Source of the DNA: an uncultured delta proteobacterium
GTDB lineage: Bacteria > Myxococcota_A > Polyangia > Polyangiales > B10-G4
Direction: 5' to 3'
DNA: 64,000 bases
Assembly (NCBI GenBank): GCA_963727445.1
Contig: CAVSGI010000027.1
Span: forward strand, 96,001 to 160,000
Both the position numbers and the translations under genes were made by a program. Shown here piece by piece: positions 52,047 through 64,000 of this stretch (its first letter is position 1; each line of letters opens with the position of its first letter). The notes under the pieces were generated by a model. That model saw only the letters and a program-made list of their open reading frames with translations. It did no database searches and had not been told where the DNA came from.

Positions 52047-52095
52047 GACGGACGGGCCCCTCTTCACTCCCTCGAAACGAGGAGGGAGGTGCATC

Positions 52096-52938
52096 GTGAA
52101 AGATCCCATCGTCATTCCCCAATCGCACATCGGCCTGCTCTACGAGGACGGCGTGTTCACCAAGACCCTCGACCCCGGCAAGCATGCGCTCGCGCGGGGC
52201 TTCTTCGACAAGATCGAGCGCGAGGTCACGATCGTCGATCTGCGCGAGCGTTCGATCGTCATCAAGGGCCAGGAGATCCTGACGCGCGACAAGGTCGCGA
52301 TCCGCGTCTCGCTCCTCGTGTATTTCCGCGTGGTCGATCCCGTGGCTGCGATCCACGAGGTCGAGGCGTATGAGGCGCGCATCTACGAGGACGTCCAGCT
52401 CGCGGCCCGCCGCTTCCTCGCGTCGAGGAACCTCGACGCCATCCTGAGCGACCGCAACGAGATCTCGGACGCCGTCCGCGAGTCGGTGGGCGCACAAGCG
52501 CGCGCCTACGGCGTCGAGATCAAGCGCGCCGACGTCAAGGACCTGGTCTTCCCCGGCAACCTCCGCGCGATCATGAATCAGGTCCTGGAGACCGAGCGTA
52601 AGAACGAGGCGCGCCTGATCCAAGCGAAGAAGGACATCGAGGCGCAGTCGCTCAAGGCCCAGGCCGAGATCGAGACCGCGCGCCTGCAGCTGGAGGCGCA
52701 GAAAGAGCGCCAGTCGCTTCAGCTCGACAACGACCGCCGCGCCGCCGAGGCCGAGCTCGAGCGTCGTCGCGCTGCGCTCGCGGCAGACGTCGAGGAGGCC
52801 AAGGCCCTGGCCGAGCACCCTGCCCTCTTGCGCCTGCGCGAGCTGCGCGCGCTGGTCGACATGTCGCACGACGGCGCGAAGCTCTTCGTGGGCTTGAAGC
52901 CGAAAGGTTTTGGCGAGCTCCTCGAAAAGAGCGAGTAA
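52096..52938 (+). CDS. SPFH/Band-7 (slipin family) protein
   Basis: GLLYEDG, VDLRE, GQEILTRDKVAIRV, VKDLVFPG, LLRLREL; GGAGG SD before GTG. Confidence 0.9.
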   Translation: MKDPIVIPQSHIGLLYEDGVFTKTLDPGKHALARGFFDKIEREVTIVDLRERSIVIKGQEILTRDKVAIRVSLLVYFRVVDPVAAIHEVEAYEARIYEDVQLAARRFLASRNLDAILSDRNEISDAVRESVGAQARAYGVEIKRADVKDLVFPGNLRAIMNQVLETERKNEARLIQAKKDIEAQSLKAQAEIETARLQLEAQKERQSLQLDNDRRAAEAELERRRAALAADVEEAKALAEHPALLRLRELRALVDMSHDGAKLFVGLKPKGFGELLEKSE

Positions 52939-53039
52939 CGCAGCCCCGAGAGCCGTCGCGGACGCCAGGTGGGCGCGTCAGGAGACGCGAAGTCAGCGAT
53001 GCACGGGCTCTACTTTCCCCGGGGAAAGTGCTCGGGTTC

Positions 53040-53245
53040 GAATCACTCCCCGCGCGGGGACCTCGGACGAACCGATCTCGCCAGCATCGCCCGATGACCC
53101 CGAGAGTGGATCGCTCTGGCGCACCGATCTCCCACCCAACGCGCGATGACCCCGAGAGCGGCCCGCCCTGGCGCACCGATTCTCGCAGGCATCGCGCGAT
53201 GGCCCCGAGAGCGGCCCGCACCGACACGCCGATCCTCCCACCAGA
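53040..53245. repeat. Degenerate 52-53-bp tandem repeat (3-4 units)
   Basis: GATGACCCCGAGAG...GGCGCACCGAT(C/T)CTC at 53093, 53145 and 53198 (third degenerate); weaker unit at about 53040. Confidence 0.6.
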
Positions 53246-53704
53246 AAACGCTTGTCCGGCCGACGAAAACAGCGACATCGAGTCACAGGCCATGTGAGCC
53301 AGGTGGCCTGTAAGAACCCCCTAGTCAGAGCGAGCTCACCGAGCTTCGTCGCGTCGCTCCTTCCCCACCTCACCCATCTCGCGGCTCACCCAGCGCGCGC
53401 GTGGGCGCATGCCCACAGAGGCGCCGCAGGCGCCGCGGCCCGAGACGTCCTCCCTCGCCGAGCCGCTCCGGGCGGCACGATCCGCCACCGCACCTCAACC
53501 ACGCCCTCCGTCCCACGCCTCCATCCACCGATGCGCGCCCCCGTCATCCTCCGCCGCCGCATCGGCATCCGCGCCCCCTCATCAGCCAAAGCCAGTCAGC
53601 GCCCGCGCCCGACCTCCCCGCGTCTCCGACCACCTCCAGGCGCAACCCGGCCCTCGCGCGAGCGCGTTCTGCTCCTGTACCCGCGCATCCCCCACGCACG
53701 TCCG

Positions 53705-54175
53705 TCACTGACTCGCGCACAGCCGCGCGAAGAGATGAGCGAGACGCTCCCGCTCTGGCGTCGCGCTTCGTGGCGAGCCCAGCACCCACGCCGCGTCCTC
53801 GCAGCGGCGCACGCAGTCCACGCGCTCGCGCACACGGCGGACGATGCACGCGTCGTAGTTCGCCTCCCCCGCGCACGACATGAGTGGATTGCCCATTTCC
53901 TCTTCCGCCAGCGAACCGCCGGCGTCCGCGTCGACGAGGTGCGTGAAGTACCCGAGCTCTTCGCAGTCGTAGTCCCGCCACGAATCGCCCACCCAGCGCC
54001 CGCGCTCGTCCGGCACCGGCTCCCGCGCGCGGCGCGCTCGGCGCCAAGGCACCCGCACCTCCGCCGACTCGAACACCCGCGCCCGCTCGCTCACCTTCGG
54101 CTGAGCAGACTCCACCGCCCCGCCGCCACACCCGACGCACCACAACACGAGCCCCACGACGACCCGACCACGCAC
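53705..54175 (-). CDS. Possible small Cys-containing lipoprotein
   Basis: VVVGLVLWCVGC lipobox-like; C...C...C..RC spacing. Confidence 0.4.
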   Translation of the reverse strand: MRGRVVVGLVLWCVGCGGGAVESAQPKVSERARVFESAEVRVPWRRARRAREPVPDERGRWVGDSWRDYDCEELGYFTHLVDADAGGSLAEEEMGNPLMSCAGEANYDACIVRRVRERVDCVRRCEDAAWVLGSPRSATPERERLAHLFARLCASQ

Positions 54176-54262
54176 CCATCGAGTATGACGTGGCGCCACG
54201 CGAAGTCACACGCGGCGAGCGCCCCCGCAGGGCCCGACTGGCGCGTTACGTTTCCAGCTCAG

Positions 54263-54387
54263 TAGGAGGCGTGCAGGTGCGTCGATCGCCGAGCGCCCCC
54301 GCAGGCCCCGACCGAGGCGCACTTCCGTGCGCCGCAGGGAGGGCCCGAGGAGGAAAGCCGGCGAGCGGCGTGCCTGCGCGCCTCCTA
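54263..54387. mobile_element. 125-bp MITE/ERIC-like palindromic element with 29-bp imperfect terminal inverted repeats
   Basis: TAGGAGGCGTGCAGGTGCGTCGATCGCCG ... CGGCGAGCGGCGTGCCTGCGCGCCTCCTA; TA at both ends; internal hairpin GGCGCAC/GTGCGCC. Confidence 0.55.
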
Positions 54388-57300
54388 GACCTTGATCTGG
54401 ATGCCGAGGGCCTCTCGCAACCTGAAATACTCCTCCGAGACGCTGAACAGGACGATCTCCTTGATCTTCTCCTTCGGCGGCAGGTCGGTGGGGCCTTCGG
54501 GCGGCAGGGACTGGATCATCCGGGCCGAGGTCTCGAGGTCGTTGCAGAGGAGGAAGCCGGCGCGACAGCCGGTGAGCTCGACGGTCTGCATCCAGCGCTT
54601 GATGTCGGTGCTGCCGCCGGCCTCGACGAAACGCTTGCCGATGCTGCGGAGCGCTTCCGTCTGCGCGGGCTGGAGCTTCGCCGTGAGCTGCTGCGCCATC
54701 TGATCGATCTGCGCATCGCCCGGCGCCACACCCGCGATGCGCAGGCCCGCGAGGAGCACCAGGCGGAGCTCCGAGTGGGTGCTCATCAGCGTGCGGATGA
54801 AGTGCTGCGTCCGGTAGTACGCGAGGTGACGCGCGATGACGAAGGTGAGGTCTTGCGGGGTGAAGCCCGACAGGAGCGACGCACCGCACACCGACGCCGG
54901 CGGGTTCGAACCCGGCACGTGCATGAGCCCGCCCTGGGCGTCGGGGCGCAGGAACAGGCGCGGCACGATGCGCAGGTTCATCACCTGCGACACGAAGCCG
55001 AAGGCGCGCGCGAAGGACACGGTCGACGTGGCCGGATCCACTTCGTGCTTCTTCGCGAGGTGCAGCGGCCTTGTCGCTCGACGCCTTGGCTCCGTGAACG
55101 GCCGGCGCCAGCGCCTCCATCATCTTCGAGACGTAGAGGTCCTCGTCGGGGTGGAAGAGATCCTTGAGCCAGCGCTCCTCGTCGAGGCGCGTCTGCGGCC
55201 GGATCATCCCGCCCTGCTTGTACTGCTCGAAGAACTGCTGCTGCTCCTGCGTCCGCCTTCTTGAGGAAGGAGAGCGTCGCCGCCAGGCACCACGCCTTGT
55301 CGTAAGCGCGCGCGTCGAAGTACAGCTTGTAGAGCGCGCGGTACGAATCGACCTTGTACGGGTCCTGCCTGAGCAGCCACTGGTGCTCGCCGATCGCGTC
55401 GTCGAGACGGTTCGGGATCGATCGAGAAGAGCTCCGCGAGGATCTGGTGCTCCATCTGGTTGTCCGGCTGGAGATTGCTCGCCATCCGGAACGCCTCGGC
55501 CGCCGACTCGAACTGCTTCATGCGGTCGCGATAGATGATGCCCAGGGTGTGCCAGAGGCTGAACTCGAGCTCGGTGTTCCCCTTGCCGACGATGCGGTGA
55601 AGCATCTTGCGGTAGGCGCGCTCGAGGTTCTTCCAGTCCTTCTTCTGGGTGAGGATCTTGTTGATCGCCTCGAAGGCCTTCAGCTGCGTGTGGTCGAGAT
55701 CGAGCGCCTCGTTGAACTTGTCGATGGCGCCTTCCGGATCCTTCAGCTCGTCACGAATGATGACGGCGATGGTGTAGGCGTACTTCGACTTGGCCGAGTC
55801 GCGGCTCGTCCAGGTCGCTGATGCGCTGGATGATGCTCGATCGCGTTCTCCCACTGCTTCGTCTCCTGGTAGGCGATGAGCAGCTTGTGGAGGATCTTGT
55901 GGTCATCGGGCTTGATGTCCGAGGCGTCGGAGTAGGCCTGAATCGCCTTCTGCTGGTTGCTTGACCTTCTCCTTCCAGAGGTCACCGATCTCGTCGAGCA
56001 ACTTGAAGCGCTCCTCGTCGTCGACCGCGATCTCGAGAATCAGCTTCTTGAAGTGGATGACCTGCTCCCACTCGTTCTGATTCTCGTAGAGCCCGACCAC
56101 CGCCTCGAGGGTCGGCCGGTGGTACTGGTCCTCCTCGAGCGCCTTGTCGAACATGTTGAGCGCCTTGCGCCGCTCACCCTGCTCGCGCTTGATGACGCCG
56201 AGTCGATAGAAGATGTCGGTGATCTCGTCGCGAGCCGAGCGAGTCCCGGTGGTGGACGAGGAGCATCTGGTAGAACTTGAACGCCTTCTCCCAGTTCGCC
56301 GCGCGGTAGTACGACGCCGCCAGCCCCAACAGTGATGGGCAGGTGCTGCTGTCGAGCTGATAGGCCTTGTTGAAGGCGGCCGATCGCGTCATCGGTCTTG
56401 CTCGAGCTTGGTCGCGACCTCACCGAACATGAACGCCAGGCGGTGCTGCTCGTCCGGCTCGCGCTTGCCGCTGCGCTTCACGAGCATCGTCGAGGAGCGG
56501 GAACGCGTCCTCCCAGCGCTCGTTGCGGTGGTACTCGTCGGCCAGCGGAAGCGCCGCGTCCTCGTTGTCCGCGTCCTGCTGCAGGGCGGCTTCGAAGACC
56601 TCGATGGCGCGCCCGTGCTCGTCGAGACGCTCGTCGTAGATGCGCCCGAGCTCGACCAGGAGTTGGGCCACGATCCGCGGGTTCTGCTGGTACTGCGACT
56701 CCTGCTCCAGGGTCTTCGACGCCGCGAGCCAGTCGCCGGAGTCGATGTGGATCTTCCGAATCGCTTCGAGAGACGGCAGGTGGCCGGGCTCGATGTCGAT
56801 GGCGGACTGATAGTTCTCGATGGCGCCAGCGCGGTCGCCGAGCTCCTCGTCGAGGATCCGGCCCATGCGGAAGCGGAGATCGACGATCTGCGCCGGGTCC
56901 TGCGAGATGGCAGCCGTCTTCTCCATCATCTCGAGAGCCGCGGAGTGATCGCCGCGCTTGTCGTAGAGCCGCGTGAGCGCGTCGAGCGCGTGCACGTCGT
57001 TCTCGTTGAGGTCGATGACGCTCAGGTAGCTGTCGATCGCGCGATCCGGATCGTCCAAGCTCGTGGGCGTAGACCTCACCCATCGCCGCATAGATGCGCG
57101 CCTTCTCGCCGCGGTCCGGCGTGGCCGACACGTGACGCTCGTAGGTCTGGATGAGGTCGTCCCAGCGCTGCAGGCCGCGATAGAGGCGCGCGAGACCGGT
57201 GAGCGCGCCGGTGTGCACCGGATCGATGTCGAGCACCTGCTCGAGTCGCTCGGCCGCCTTGTCGGCCTTGATGAACTCCTCCTCCCAGCATCCCAGCGAG

Positions 57301-60300
57301 GCGAGTGAGGATGTTGATGCGCTCCTTCTCGGTGGTGACGATGTCGAGCTCGCGCTCGAGGACCGCGAGCAGGTCGTGCCACATCTCCTTGCTGCGCGTA
57401 GAGCCGCTCGAGGCCCTTGAGGCCCTCGATGTTCATCTCGTCGGCCGCGAGCACCTCGCGATAGGCCTCGATGGCGCGGTCGGCGTCCTGCAGGCGCACC
57501 TCGTAGCACTCGGCGACCTGGAGCTTGGCCCGCTGTACCTTGTTCGGGTCCTCGAGGCGCCGCGGCCTTGCGCTTGAGGATCTCCAGCATGTTCTGCCAG
57601 CGACCTTCGTTCTTGTAGATGCGCTCGAGGGCTTCGAGCGCCGGCACGTGCTGGTCGTATTCGTCGAGCGCCTTCTGATAGTAGCTCGGCGCCTGATCGG
57701 GCACCCCGAGCTGCTCGTCGCAGAGGTCGCCCATCTGGACGTAGGTGTCGGCCTTGACCTTGCCGTCGTTGGTCATGTTGACCAACTGGCCCGAGGGTCT
57801 GCGCGAGCAGCTGCCACTGCTGGGTCGTGCCGGTACAGGTCGGAGAGCTGCTGCATCGACTGCGACGTTGGCCGGGTCGAGCTGCAGGATCTGCTGGTAG
57901 TACGGGATCGCGTACTCGGGGTGACCGAGCTCCTGGCCGTACCACTTCGCGCAGTGCAGGCAGATGGCGATCTTGTCGTCTCCGCGCGTCCTCGACCTCC
58001 TGCAGCGACTCGTTCGCGAAGGTCAGAGGTCGTTCCACATCGTTGGTCGCGCCGTGACGCGCTCGAGCTCGCCGCTGGTCTCGCGGTTGGCGAAGTCCTC
58101 GGACCACGCCAGCTTGAGGGCCTCGTACGCCTGCTCGTGATCCTCGAGCTGCTTCTCGTAGACGTTCGCGATCTTGCGGAGCAGCTCGACGCGCAGCTCC
58201 GTCGTCCTCGCTGACCTCGACGCGGCCGAGGTACATCTCGATGAGGTCCTCCCAGCGCATCGCCTCGCGATGCAGCTCCTCGAGCTTCGAAAATGCGTAG
58301 CTCGTGGGTCGGCTCGATCTCGAGGATGCGCTGGTAGGCGCTGGTGCCGCGAGTCGGGGTCGCCGACCTCCTCCGCCCACATCCGGGCGACGCTGAGGAG
58401 CTGTGCGATCTGCTGCTCCGGGTCCTGCAGCACCTGAACACGGCGCTCCATGACGTTGATGCAGTCCTCCCACATCGCCTCGGTGCGGTGGATGTGCTCG
58501 AGAGCATCCAGCGCGTCGAAGTTCGCGCGGGTTGACGTCGAGGGCGCGGTTGTAGCTGTCCACCGCGTCCATCGGCTGCTGCAGCTCGGTCGAGTACAGG
58601 AAGCCGAGCTGCATGTAGACGTTCTCGATGGTCGCGTCGTCCAGCGTCGCCGCGCCGACCTCGATCACCCGGTTGAGCGTGTCGACCAGCTCGTGCGGCT
58701 GGTTGGCCGCGCGATGGATCTCCGCGATGGAGAAGAGCGCCGTCGTGTTGGTGGGATCGATGTCGAGGACTCGCTCCCAGCTGTCGAGGGCGTTGCGGTC
58801 CCGCTCGAGCTTGTCGTACCAGATGCGGCCGAGGTCGGCGTACACCTGGACACGGAAGTAGTCGTCGTCCGCGATCGACACCTCGCGCTCGAGGATGTCC
58901 ACCAGGTCGCGCCAGTTCTCCTGTGAGGCGTAGATGTCACCGAGGGCGTTGAGCGCCTCCGGGTCCTCGCCGCGCAGGTCGAGCACACGCCGCCACAGAT
59001 CGATCGCCCGCTCGTCGTCGCCGAGCTTTTCGTGAGCGATCATCGCCATTTGCGCGAGGATGTCGGACTGCGCGGAGTCGCCCAGGACGACGTCGAGCTC
59101 CTTCTCGAAGGTGGAGAAGAGGTTCGGCCAGTCCTCGCGATGGGTGTAGATGCGCTGCAGCGCCTGGATCGACTCGTGATGCTCCTTCTCGAGGTCGTTC
59201 AGGATGTGGTCGTAGACCTGAATCGCTTCCTCGGTGCGCCCGAGGTCGATCTCGAGGAGCTGACCCAGCCGATAGTTGAACTGGATCTCGTCGTCCGGAA
59301 CTTCGGCGGCGGCGATACGCTTCTTCAGCGTGTGCGCCAGCGCTTCGTGCGCGTCGTTGGTGTTGTAGATGTCGTCGAGCTGGGAGAGCGTGTCCTCGTC
59401 CCGGTCGTTGATCCCGAGGATGAAGCGATATGTCTCCTCGGCGCGGGTCACGTCGCCGAGCTCCTCCATGAAGACGCGGGCCAGACGCTTGCCGATGTAG
59501 ACCCGGGTCTCGCTCTCCGCCCCGTTTTCGAGGACGTCGGCGTAGGTGTTGGCGAGCTGCGACCAGCCGTCGAGGATGGAAGCCAGGCGCTCGACCTCGA
59601 CCTGGGTGTGGTCGTTGGCCGGCTCCTCGAGGAGCGCGCGCTGCATCCAGCCGAAGGCACGGACGTGATCGTTCGCGCGCTCCTCGGCGATCTCGCTGAT
59701 CCGCTGCATCATCGAGACACGCTCGATCGGATCGGGCTGATAGTTGAGCTGCAGCTCGTGGACGTTGAGGAGCTTGCCCCAGTCCTCACCCATCCGATAA
59801 AGCGGCTCGAGGATCTCCCCGATCACCAGCGGCCGAACGCCGTCAGCGAAGAGGAGCTCGAGGCTCGACAGCGCGGGACCGTGCTCCGGCGCAGCCGCCA
59901 GGATCTCCCGGTACTGCTCGATGGCGTGGTCCACGTCGCCGAGCTGAGTCTGATAGATCTGACCCAGGCGGAACTGGAAGTTGAGGATGTCGTCGGGGCT
60001 CGCGGCGATCGCGATCTCCTTCGACAGGATGTCGGCGAGCTCCGACCAGCGATCGGTCGCCTCGTAGAGCGGTCGAGAGCCTCGATGGCCTGGATGTGGG
60101 TGTCGTCGGCCTCGACCACGATCCTGTAGCGGCCGATGGCGTTGTCGACGTCGCCGACCTGGACCTCGTAGATCATGCGCGGTGCGGAGCGCCATGTCGA
60201 CCAGGCGGTCCGGGTACGCCTCGCGGAGCTTCTCGATCTCCGGTCGTAGAGCGCGGTGACCGCGGGCCACTGGCCGAGGTTTTCGGCGAGTCGCTCGAGG

Positions 60301-63300
60301 CTGGTCAGCGTCTCCTCGTTCTCGTTGTCGAGGGGCAGCGCCCGGGCGTACGCGTCGAACGCCTCGGTCCCCTGCTCGAGCTGGAACTCGTAGAGCTGCG
60401 CCACCTGATGGAGGAGCTCGACCTGACGGATCGGATCCTCGTCGTGCTGCGATCTGCACCTCGTGGACCGCGATCAGCTTGGCCCACTCGCCGCAGCTGG
60501 CGATACACGGGCTCGAGGACCCCGGCCGCGGCCGATGGGCTCGAGACCCGCCGAGACCATCGACTCGAGCGCTTGAAGCGTCGGCTCGTGCTCCGGGACG
60601 ACCTCGAGGATGTCGCGATAGATGTCCACGGCGCGCACCGCGTCGTCGAGACGGTGGTGCCACAGATCGGCGATGCGGTAGCGGTAGCTGATGACCTCGT
60701 TCGGATCGTGCGCGAGATCCGCCTCGCGCTCGAGGACGCTGAGCAGCTCCTGCCAGTTCTCGGACGCCTGGTAGAGGGCGTCGAGGCGACCGAGCGCCGT
60801 CATGTCGTCCGGGTCGATCTCGAGGATGCGCTGGTAGGTGTCGATCGCCTTTTCGACGTCCTCTACCTCGCGCTCGTAGACCGCACCCATCTCGACGTAG
60901 ATGCGCTTCTTCTCGTCGGGATCGATGACGATGTCGGCCTTGCGCGCGTAGACGCCGAGCAGCTCCTCCCACTTCTCCAGACGGAGGTAGAGCTCGACGA
61001 GCTTGGCCAGGGCCCGCATGTCCTCGGGGTCGACCTCGAGGATCTGGTCGTAGACCTGCGATCGCGTCGGTCGGGCGCTCGAGGAGATCCTCGTAGATGC
61101 TGGCGGCGCGGAAGAGATACTCCTTCTGCTCCTCTGGCGAGGTCGAGCATCTGCGCCTTGCGGATGCAGATCTGCGCGAGATCCTCGTAACGCTCGGAGA
61201 GCTGATAGAGGCGCTCGAGGGCGGAGGCCGCGTCGATGTGGAGCTCGTCGAGCTCGAGGACGCGCTGGTAATGACCGATCGCGCCTTCGTGATCGCCGAG
61301 CTGCTCCTCGCGGACCATGGCGGCCTTCACGTGGAGCTGAGCCGCGAGGATCGGATCCTCGACGCTGCCGACCTGCTGCTCGTAGACCTGCGCCAGCGGC
61401 TCGTAGGTCGCGCCCACCGAAGCGATGCGCGCGAGGTTGTCCTGCGTCGACTCGTTCGCCGGATCCTCGGCGAGGGCGCGCGCGTAGGTGTTGAAGGCGC
61501 TGCTCGAGATCATCGAGCGCGAGCTCGTAGAGCTCGGCGATGCGGTGCAGCAGCTCGACCCGGCGATCCGGCGAGCTCGCGTGGTGCGCCTGGATCTCGT
61601 GAACCGAGATGAGCTTCTGGTACTGGCTCGAATCGCGATAGATCGGCTCGAGGATCTCCGCGATGAGCTGCTGATGCGCTTCGGCCTGGATCAGGCGCTC
61701 GAGCGCACCGATGGCCTGCTCGTTCTGCGGGTCGCGGTCGAGGACCTCGCGGTATCCCTCGATGGCCGATTCGACGGCGTCCATCCGCGTCTCGCGGAGC
61801 TCGGCCAGACGGAGCATCAGGGTGATCTGCTGCTCCGGATCGTCGGTGAGCGTGAGCTGCCGGTCGACGTTGTCCGCGAGGTCGGTCCACATCTCCTGCC
61901 GCGCGAAGAGGCTGTCGAGCGCGGAGAGCGCACGCTGGCTCGCCGGATCGATCTCGAGGATCTCCTTGTTGATGGAGATCGCCGACTCGGGCTCGTCGAG
62001 CATCTCGTCGTAGATGAAAGCGATCTGCGCGAAGAGCAGCTCCTGCTCCTCCGGCGTCTCGGCGAGCTCGCCGCGCCGGCGCAGCACCTCGAGGAGGTCA
62101 CGCCAGCGCTCGGTGCGCCGATAGAGCTCCTCGAGTGACTCGAGGACCTGCGAGGTCGCGCGTTGATCCTTCTCGAGGATCTTGCGTGTACGCGCCGACG
62201 GCGCCGTCCACGTTCTCGAGCTGGGTGTCGTAGATCTGCGCCGCCTTCAGCCAGAGGCTTCGGGCGAGGATCGGGTCGTGCCTGCTCGGCGGCGAGGTCG
62301 TCGAGGAGCTGAACCAGATCGCGGGAACTTCTCCTGCTCGACGGCGAGCACCTCGAGGCGCGCCAGCGTGTCCTCGCTGTCGGGCGAGTCGCGGAAGGAG
62401 CTTGCAGAAGGCGTCGAAGCGCCGCCTCGGCGTCGCCCACGCGCTCGCTGTAGACCGCGCCGACCTTGTTCGAGAGCTCGAGCTTGCGCTCGGGATCGTC
62501 GGTGCGATCGTGAAGGACCGTCGAGGGCGCGGATGAGGGCCGTCCAGTCCCTGGCGATCCTCGTAGATCGGCTCGAGGATCGTCGGCCGCCGAGCGCGCC
62601 GACGTCCTCGTCCTGCATCAGGCGTCTCGAGGGCGCGCGGGCGCCGTCGTGCTCCGGGAAGAGATGAGGACCTCGCGGTAGAGGTCGACCGCCTGCGATC
62701 TTGTCCTCGAGGTGCTGCTCGAGCGCGCGCGCCAAGCGGAACTTGAGCGCGGCGAGCTCCTCGTGTGCCTCGGGGCCGAGGTCGATGCGACGCTCGAAGG
62801 GTCTCGGCGAAGTCCTGCCAGCGGCCCTGCTGCTCGTAGAGGCGGTCGAGGGCGGCGTAGGCGTCCGCCTCGTCGTCGCCCCACTCCGCGAGGATCGCGC
62901 TGGTAGGCGTCGATGGCGCTCGGTCGGGATCGCGCGAGCTCGTTCTCCCAGAGCGACGCCCGGCCGTAGGCGAGCTGGCGGCGCGTCTCGGGGTCGGTCC
63001 TCGAGCTCCATGCGGCGCTCGTAGATCTCGAGCAGCTCGCGGTACTTCTCGGTCTCGACGGTAGAGCTCGCCGAGCGCCGCGATCGCCCCATGGTGATCG
63101 CGGCTGCGCTTCGTAGACGGCGCGGATACTGCTCGATCGCGTCTTCGATCTGCTCGACTGCGGTCAGCGGCGGCCCGAGGCTCATGCCGGAGCTCGATCT
63201 GCACGTCCTCGTCGGTCGCCGCCTCGATCGCCTCGCGGTACGCCTGGATCACGCGGTCCCAGCCGCTCGTCGACGCTCGGCGCGAGACGCTCGACGTCCT

Positions 63301-64000
63301 CGCGCACGATCTCCTGCGTCGGGTCCACCTCGAACGCCGCGAGGAAGCGCTCGAAGGCGGTCGTCGGGCTTGCGAAGCTTCTCTTCGTAGAGGAGGCCGG
63401 TCTCGCGGAGGAGCTGGATCTCGCTCGCGCGGATCCTGCGTGTGCTCGAGCCGAACCTCGTAGACCGCGACCAGCTTCTTGGCGTCGTCGGCCTCCTCGT
63501 AGATCGGCGAGAGCGCTTCGGCGGCCTCAGGTTCGTGCGGGTCGGTGTCGAGGATCTTCTCGTAGGCGCGCGCGGCGCGCTCCGGCCGGTCCTTCTTGTC
63601 TCCCACGAGACGCGCGGCACGGAAGAGCAGCGCGATCTGCTCCTCGGTCTCGGTCGGTCCTTGCCCTCGGCCTCGCGCTCGAGGGTGCGGATCAGCTCGT
63701 CCCACTTCTCGGTGGCCGCGTAGAAATCCTCGAGCTCGTCCCAGGCCTTGAGGGAGACGTAGCGGCGCTTGAGCTGCTCCTGAGCGCGCCGGTCGTTGGG
63801 GTCGATGGTCGAGCAGGCGCTGGAAGGCGCGCACCGCGCCGGCGTCGTCGCCGACCTTGTCGGCGTAGATCATCCCGAGCTTCTGGAGCGGCTTGCTTGA
63901 GCTCCTTTTCGTCGTCATCTGGTCGACGTGCTTCTCGAGCACCTTCGCCAGCGGCTCCCAGTCGCGCGCGCGCTCGTAGAGCTGCGCGAGCGACTCGATG
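54385..64000 (-). CDS. agmK: Giant TPR-repeat protein, AgmK-like (adventurous gliding motility), over 3200 aa, 5' end outside window, many indels
   Basis: Continuous TPR-like repeats (AIE.Y..IL..DP....AL.AL..LY....W..L) in successive frames; C-terminus ELTGCRAGFLLCNDL...FSVSEEYFRLREALG recalled as AgmK-type. Confidence 0.75.

Overview
High-GC (visually about 70%) chromosomal segment of a myxobacterium, probably Polyangiales/Sandaracinaceae-like. This is inferred from AgmK- and MglA-like genes, eukaryote-like Ser/Thr kinases, MXAN_6577-type Cys repeats and many lipoproteins. About 45 CDSs are recognisable: housekeeping genes (pdxJ, nnr, rpmB, recG, greA, carB, tsaE, rluA-family, moeB-like, prkA-like) interleaved with lipoproteins, hydrolases and two M1 peptidases. 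Many conserved genes (prkA, greA, carB, the giant agmK-like gene) are broken by single-base indels that become denser toward the 3' end, which fits noisy long-read consensus better than true pseudogenes. Most notable observations: (1) a translationally coupled cohesin-like lipoprotein plus dockerin-bearing M1 metallopeptidase, a candidate surface protease-docking system; (2) a tRNA-like structured RNA with a CCA anticodon-type loop in the leader of an SPFH/slipin gene; (3) a near-4x perfect 98-bp hairpin-forming tandem array; (4) a 318-bp tandem duplication carrying six 31-bp AT-rich repeats in inverted orientations; (5) a 125-bp TA-flanked MITE-like element that supplies the agmK stop codon; (6) a LITAF-like membrane zinc finger. 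All family calls are by eye, with no database search. No rRNA, canonical tRNA, CRISPR array, transposase or integrase was seen.
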